This document shows positions 58,719 to 64,000 of a stretch of DNA of 64,000 nucleotides, in pieces. A program made the position numbers and the translations under genes. Below the pieces are notes generated by a model. The model was not told the origin of the DNA. It did not search any database and saw only the letters and a program-made list of their open reading frames with translations. Origin of the DNA: a virus; IMG/VR virus record IMGVR_UViG_3300001765_000033, positions 1 to 64,000 of that record. One strand, 5' to 3'. Position 1 is the first letter of the stretch. Each line of letters starts with the position of its first letter.

Positions 58719-60206
58719 ATGGATTTTTATACAGACGTTCGCAGGTATGGAAATAATATTTTGTTTCGTGGAATAAACAACGGAAAGCAAGAAATTGGTA
58801 AGGTAAAGTTTCAGCCGACTTTGTTCGTTAAATCAAAGGACAAAAATTCAGAATGGAAATCGTTGTATGGCGATCCTCTTGAGCCTAAAAAGTTTGCTGA
58901 TATCAATGAGGCAAAGGGATATCTAGAAAAGTATAAGGACGTTAATGGGTTTGAAGTTCATGGTATGGAAGATTATCAATATCAATTTATTGCTGAAAAA
59001 TATCCGACTAAGATTGATTACGATGTTAACCAAATGAAAATTTCAATCATAGACATTGAGGTCATTGATCCGACTGGTAATACCCCTTTTCCTGATGTTC
59101 AGGAAGCTCAAGTGCCAATTGTGTTGATTTCTTTGGTTGATAAAACTTCTGGAAAAACCGATGTTTTTGGCTGGAAAGATTACATCAAAGATTTAGATGA
59201 TAATTTTGAATATCATAATTACAAATCTGAAAACGAAATGTTGAAAGCTTTTGTTGGCTTTTGGCAGCAGAATTATCCTCATATTTTTTCTGGATGGAAT
59301 ACACTAACATTCGATACTCCATATTTGGTAAATCGAATTCGCAGAGTTCTCAGTGATGATTGGGTAAATAAGTTATCTCCGCATGGTATCGTAAAAGAAA
59401 AAATAAAAAAAGGCATGAACGGGCAAGAGATTCAGACATATGAGATATATGGTATTGTTGAATTAGATTATTTGGAATTATATCGAAAATTTACCTATGG
59501 TAGCAGAGAATCTTATACTTTAGGATTTATTTCTGAATTGGAGTTGGGGGAAACGAAATTAGAAATTGAAAGTGAATCTTTTTATGATAGCTATGTAAAT
59601 CATTATCATCAACTTATCAAATATAACGCCATCGATTCTCAGTTAGTGAATAAGATTGATTCTAAAATGCGTTTGTTAGAATTGATTATATCTATTGCAT
59701 ATATGGCTAAATGTAATATGTCAGATGTATTTGGCCCGGTGAAAACTTGGGATGTTTTCATTTACAATTATATGATAACTAAGAAAATAGTTCCTCCACC
59801 TAAAAAACATTCATCTGGTGGTTCGTTTGAGGGCGCATGGGTGAAAGAACCAGTTCCTGGTATGTATGGGTGGATGGTGTCTTTTGACGCAACCAGCCTC
59901 TATCCAACGATCATTAGGCAGTGGAATATGAGTCCAGAGACTTACGTTTCTGATTACAGCGAACCTATAAAAGTTGTTGACGTTCTTTCGTGTGAGCAAG
60001 GTCTATCTAAATACGCTTTCGATAACAATTGTTCGGTAGCGGCAAACGGCACTTTTTATCGAAAGGATAAAAAGGGTATATTACCATCTTTGATGGAAAA
60101 TATGATGATTCAAAGAACTGTCGTAAAAAAGGAAATGCTAAAATTAGAGCAAGAATATCAGGACATTAAAGAAGAGCTAATGAAACGCGGCGTAAGTTGT
60201 AAGTAA
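58719..60206 (+). CDS. gp43: DNA polymerase gp43, N-terminal half (gp43A: exonuclease plus motif A)
   Basis: DIEV, GWN..TFD.PY, YNAID, SFDATSLYP; stops in the first fingers helix. Confidence 0.93.
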   Translation: MDFYTDVRRYGNNILFRGINNGKQEIGKVKFQPTLFVKSKDKNSEWKSLYGDPLEPKKFADINEAKGYLEKYKDVNGFEVHGMEDYQYQFIAEKYPTKIDYDVNQMKISIIDIEVIDPTGNTPFPDVQEAQVPIVLISLVDKTSGKTDVFGWKDYIKDLDDNFEYHNYKSENEMLKAFVGFWQQNYPHIFSGWNTLTFDTPYLVNRIRRVLSDDWVNKLSPHGIVKEKIKKGMNGQEIQTYEIYGIVELDYLELYRKFTYGSRESYTLGFISELELGETKLEIESESFYDSYVNHYHQLIKYNAIDSQLVNKIDSKMRLLELIISIAYMAKCNMSDVFGPVKTWDVFIYNYMITKKIVPPPKKHSSGGSFEGAWVKEPVPGMYGWMVSFDATSLYPTIIRQWNMSPETYVSDYSEPIKVVDVLSCEQGLSKYAFDNNCSVAANGTFYRKDKKGILPSLMENMMIQRTVVKKEMLKLEQEYQDIKEELMKRGVSCK

Positions 60207-60263
60207 GGTGATAATTTAATAAATGATAAATAGTATGGTAGTCTTATTCAATCAAGGAACCAT

Positions 60264-61457
60264 ATGTTACCAATTAACACTTTTCATTATGACAGATATA
60301 TTCGATTTTTATCTCTATTACCAAAAAGAGATAAACCAAAAGCTAAATTTAGTGGATTAGAAAAACATCACATATACCCAAAATCTTTCGGTGGAACTGA
60401 TGATTTAAGTAATTTGATATATTTAACTTGCCGAGAACATTATCTAGCCCATTGGATGCTTGCTAAGGCGTATGGCGGAGTTATGTGGTTTGCGTTTAAT
60501 CAAATGAAGCGAGTCATACAAGGCGATATTAAGAAAAGCAGTTTATATTCTTTATCCAGAAAATATATTTCTGAGCAAATAAGTATTTCTAATACTGGAA
60601 ATACTATGAGTGATTATGCTAAAAACCTTAAGACTATTATGTTTTCCGGTAAAGTTTGGGTAAAAAATAAAGATGATTATTCCGATTATATGTTAATTTC
60701 TAATACTGATGAGAGATATTTAAGTGGTGAATATGTTGGAATTCAAACTGGATTGCTTAGGTCTGAAAGTTCTAAGAAAAATATGGCAGATAAAAACGGA
60801 CTGAGAGGAAAAGTTAGTGCGTATAATATCCAAACTAAGGAAGTGTCGTATTTTTATGAAAGTGAAATTCCATTAGACTATATAAAAGGCAGAACCCCCG
60901 AATTTAAGAATATAATATCAGAAAGATACACAGATATGAAATTTTATAAGAATTTTGATACTGGTGAAACCAAAAGAATAAAAGATGGTAGCCCAATACC
61001 ATATGGATTTATTCTTCACAGAAATTTGGATGATATGCAGAATGGATTGAACAAAATGAACGATCCTAATAGTATGTTAGTTTATGATGTATCGTCCAAA
61101 ATTTCAAAAATAATACCCAAAACCGAATTTAATTCAAGTAAATTTTATACTTCTGTGGCTACCACTGCAAATGCTGTTGTTTTTGAAAATTATGTTTTTG
61201 ATTCCGTAGATACATTTAATAAACTTCTTCCGGATTTTAAAAAAATTAGTAAAAAAAATGCTACGGATAAAATCAAAATGGGTAAGCTACAGAAGAGAAA
61301 ATTCTGTGAAAAATTTAAAGATATGTGTTATAATGATATAGGTTTCTTCGTAATTAAAATTACGGAGTTAGTTTGGAATGAAGATATGATTTTTATAAGG
61401 AAAATTGATGAATCTCTCGCAAATGAGTGTAGAAGAATTGTTATGTGCGAAGCATAA
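60264..61457 (+). CDS. HNH homing endonuclease (mob-like)
   Basis: EKHHIYPKSFGGTDDLSNLIYLTCREHYLAH. Confidence 0.88.
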   Translation: MLPINTFHYDRYIRFLSLLPKRDKPKAKFSGLEKHHIYPKSFGGTDDLSNLIYLTCREHYLAHWMLAKAYGGVMWFAFNQMKRVIQGDIKKSSLYSLSRKYISEQISISNTGNTMSDYAKNLKTIMFSGKVWVKNKDDYSDYMLISNTDERYLSGEYVGIQTGLLRSESSKKNMADKNGLRGKVSAYNIQTKEVSYFYESEIPLDYIKGRTPEFKNIISERYTDMKFYKNFDTGETKRIKDGSPIPYGFILHRNLDDMQNGLNKMNDPNSMLVYDVSSKISKIIPKTEFNSSKFYTSVATTANAVVFENYVFDSVDTFNKLLPDFKKISKKNATDKIKMGKLQKRKFCEKFKDMCYNDIGFFVIKITELVWNEDMIFIRKIDESLANECRRIVMCEA

Positions 61458-61512
61458 TCTTGAAAGTAAAATTTCTGCTTTAAATAATGAGCAGATGGCG
61501 ATAAAAATCCTT
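61408..61512 (+). CDS. gp43: gp43B exon 1 (35 codons, not in ORF track)
   Basis: AAGGA RBS and ATG 61408; MNLSQMSVEEL...NNEQMAIKIL supplies the Q..K part of PolB motif B. Confidence 0.82.
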
Positions 61513-61760
61513 AGAATTTGTGAGGCTTGATTCGGTAACGAATTTTGAAAACCCTGTGAATTCGGTGAAACTCCAGAACGGACAATACCGAGCCAAACCC
61601 AAAATGGGAAGCGTGTAACGACTAGATCGAAAGATCGTACATTCAAGTGAATGGAAGCGCAGGGCATCCTATTAGGATGATGATATAGTCTGATCTGTAT
61701 AGGAATATACAGCAGCTTAATAAGCGGGATAAGATTAACGATCTTATTTGAACATAAATG
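61513..61760 (+). mobile_element. Group I self-splicing intron (248 nt, no ORF)
   Basis: 5' exon ends in U with P1 CCUU/GAGG; terminal G; P10 AGAAUU/AAUUCU; core GAAUUCGGUGAAAC, AAUACCGAGCCAA; P7 GACUA/UAGUC; splicing restores KILNNSLYG. Confidence 0.88.
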
Positions 61761-62750
61761 AATAATTCTTTATATGGCGCTATAACTCAGAACAGCTTTA
61801 GGTATTACATTTTGGCAATTGGTGAGGCTATCACTTTGTCAGGGCAAGCCAGTAATCGACATTTAGAATTGCATCTAAATAAGTATTTCAATAAAATATT
61901 GAAGACTGATGATATTGATTATGTGGCGTATTCGGATACCGATTCAAATTATATCAATTTTGATAGCATAGTGAATAAGCTATGCAAAGATAAATCGGAC
62001 ACGATTAATATTGTGGAGTTTCTTGAAAAGCTTGCATTAAAATTACAAGATACTGTTATTAAAGAATCAACAGATCATATTTTCAATTTGTGTAATTGTT
62101 TTGAAAATTTGATGAGTTATAAAATCGATACGGTTTCCGAAAAGGCAATTTGGACTTCAAAGAAACGATACTGCATGATAGTCCATAGCGCAGAATTGGT
62201 TAGGTATCATCCTCCGAAACTTAAAATCATGGGTATGGATATTATTAAATCCAGCACACCAAAAGCTATTCGTGCGGAATTAAAATCTTGTTTGCCTATT
62301 ATTTTTAATAAAGGTGAGATTGCTTTAAGAGAATTTGTGACATCCGTTAAAGATCGATTCTATTCTTTACCAGTTTCTGATATCGCATTCCCTCGCGGCA
62401 CAAATGACATTGAAAAGTGGATGGATGGTAATGGATATAAGATCAGAGTGCCTGTTCATGTGCGCGGTTCTATAAATTACAACAATCTCACTACTTCATT
62501 CCCGAAGTATGATAAAATACGCAGTGGCGATAAAATTAAATATGTGTATCTGAAAATTCCAAACACGATAAAGGAAAATGTTATATCATTTCCAACATCA
62601 AAAACTTTGCCACTCGAATTTGGATTGGAAAAATATATTGATAAAGAACTTCAGTTTGAAAAAGCGTTCTTAAATCCACTGGAAGCAATCACTAACGCAA
62701 TAGGTTGGCAACTGGAAGAGAAGTCAGATTTGAGTGAGTTCTTTTGCTAA
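61761..62750 (+). CDS. gp43: gp43B exon 2 (palm/thumb)
   Basis: NSLYGA, AITLSGQ, YSDTDS, KKRY, SSTP, clamp-binding LSEFF. Confidence 0.92.
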   Translation, partial: NNSLYGAITQNSFRYYILAIGEAITLSGQASNRHLELHLNKYFNKILKTDDIDYVAYSDTDSNYINFDSIVNKLCKDKSDTINIVEFLEKLALKLQDTVIKESTDHIFNLCNCFENLMSYKIDTVSEKAIWTSKKRYCMIVHSAELVRYHPPKLKIMGMDIIKSSTPKAIRAELKSCLPIIFNKGEIALREFVTSVKDRFYSLPVSDIAFPRGTNDIEKWMDGNGYKIRVPVHVRGSINYNNLTTSFPKYDKIRSGDKIKYVYLKIPNTIKENVISFPTSKTLPLEFGLEKYIDKELQFEKAFLNPLEAITNAIGWQLEEKSDLSEFFC

Positions 62751-62982
62751 TCACTATTTCATCATGAAACAAAAACTTACACAATCTGACATTAAGCAAC
62801 TTCTGATCTATCAGCAGGCACTTTTGAAGTTAGCTTCTGAAATATCAAACCTGATATATACCAAATCTTCTTACGAAAGTCAAGATGTTTTTGTAAAAAA
62901 TGTCGCTTCTGTGGTACAATCGACAGCTAAGGTATGCGACTCTATCGATGTTCCTTACCAGCTTATCGAATCAAATTTTTAA
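62734..62982 (+). CDS. Hypothetical protein
   Basis: ORF only; start uncertain. Confidence 0.4.
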   Translation: MSSFANHYFIMKQKLTQSDIKQLLIYQQALLKLASEISNLIYTKSSYESQDVFVKNVASVVQSTAKVCDSIDVPYQLIESNF

Positions 62983-62993
62983 AGGATAATATA

Positions 62994-63428
62994 ATGGCAA
63001 AGAAAAAAGCCGAAAAAGCCGAAAAAGCTGAAGCAGTAGACGAACCTAAAGTAGATCATATCGAAAACTGGTCGGTTTTCGGTGCTAAAATGGCTATTGT
63101 CGATGTACATACTCATCTTGGCGACAATGATAAGAAACTTTATCAGCCAGCAATATCAATTTTGCTAGATGATTTTTCTGACGAAGAGGATACCGCAGAA
63201 AATCGAAAATTTATTTCTATCGTCCTAGATAAGATTTATAAAGACGTTAATGAAGCAATTTATACTTCTGTTAATTGTGCTATGTCCATGTTCGATAATG
63301 TGGCGAATAAAGTAAATGTTTATGACGTAAATCATGAAATGTCGAAAGAATATTCTGTGGATAAAGTTTTTGCAAAGATGGAAAAGGCGTCTAGAAATAA
63401 GTATAAATCCAGTGTAAGTTTTTGGTAA
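62994..63428 (+). CDS. Hypothetical protein
   Basis: AAGGA RBS before ATG 62994 (MAKKKAEK). Confidence 0.6.
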   Translation: MAKKKAEKAEKAEAVDEPKVDHIENWSVFGAKMAIVDVHTHLGDNDKKLYQPAISILLDDFSDEEDTAENRKFISIVLDKIYKDVNEAIYTSVNCAMSMFDNVANKVNVYDVNHEMSKEYSVDKVFAKMEKASRNKYKSSVSFW

Positions 63429-63441
63429 AAAAGGAAATTAA

Positions 63442-64000
63442 ATGGCAGAATCAATGATTGAACGGTTACGAAAAAATAGCACTATCAAGGCAACTTCTGC
63501 CCTTAGTGATTCAAAATTATATAATAATATTGATGAAACTTCGACCGATATTTTTGCAATGAATATTGCTTTATCTGGAAGTATTAATGGTGGTTTGAAA
63601 TCTGGTATTACTACAATTTGTGGATTATCTCGGCATTTTAAAACAATGTATGGCATGATTCTAGCATCGGCATATTTGAAAAAGAACAAAGACTCAGTTT
63701 TCATTTTCTACGATAATGAATTTGGTGCAAATAAAGATACAATGTCATCTTTGGGTATTGATACCTCTAGGGTGTTGCATACTCCAATTACAGATATTGA
63801 AGAGTTGACATTTGATATTGTGAAGCAGTTAAAAGGCATCGAGCGTGGTGAAAAAGTTTTCATCATGATTGACAGTATAGGAAATATTGCCAGTAAAAAA
63901 GAGGTCGAAAATGCAGAGAATGAAAAATCTGTTTCGGACCTCACGAGACAACGAATGCTAAAATCAATGTACCGAATAATTACGCCATACTTACGATTAA
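63442..64000 (+). CDS. uvsX: RecA-like recombinase UvsX (5' part, truncated by window)
   Basis: NIALSG...GG, G.SRHFKT, FYDNEFG, IDSIGNIASKKE. Confidence 0.92.
   Translation, partial: MAESMIERLRKNSTIKATSALSDSKLYNNIDETSTDIFAMNIALSGSINGGLKSGITTICGLSRHFKTMYGMILASAYLKKNKDSVFIFYDNEFGANKDTMSSLGIDTSRVLHTPITDIEELTFDIVKQLKGIERGEKVFIMIDSIGNIASKKEVENAENEKSVSDLTRQRMLKSMYRIITPYLRL

Noticed and set aside
60100-61512. Split intein at the polymerase break
   Set aside because: No Cys/Ser block A after the extein and no His-Asn terminus
61368-61667. 99-aa minus-strand ORF
   Set aside because: Antisense to the hidden exon and the intron core
61758-62750. Track start MNNSLYG as the true start of the polymerase C-half
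   Set aside because: It would lack the motif-B Lys; the G of this ATG fits the intron's terminal G
63438-63944. Two minus-strand ORFs at the window end
   Set aside because: Antisense to uvsX, which runs off the window
1-64000. tRNA genes or stop-codon reassignment
   Set aside because: No cloverleaf recognised by eye; core genes are intact in the standard code and the breaks are explained by mobile elements

Overview
A 64-kb segment of an AT-rich (about one third GC by eye) T4-like myovirus genome. It runs: repeat-rich fibre-like gene; neck, terminase, sheath, tube, portal and head module (gp13-gp23); a 16-kb minus-strand appendage/adhesin locus (repeat scaffold, lectin-like and Gly-rich paralogs); four proteins with T4 internal-protein-like N-terminal leaders; gp3; a non-coding long inverted repeat; and the recombination/replication module (uvsY, uvsW, gp55, gp47/46, rIIA/B, gp45/44/62, regA, hsp20, gp43, uvsX). 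Core genes are heavily invaded. The large terminase is fractured at Walker A by an atypically split intein with a free-standing Vsr-like endonuclease between the halves. The portal has a LAGLIDADG intein. The DNA polymerase is split into two genes around an HNH endonuclease, and its second half has a hidden 35-codon exon followed by an ORF-less group I intron. The best candidates for undescribed biology are the putative capsid-packaged effector cassette (HEAT-repeat protein, two halves resembling a phosphorothioation-associated methyltransferase, kinase-like protein) and the modular repeat-scaffold fibre locus. Family assignments come from motif recognition and synteny only; no searches were run.
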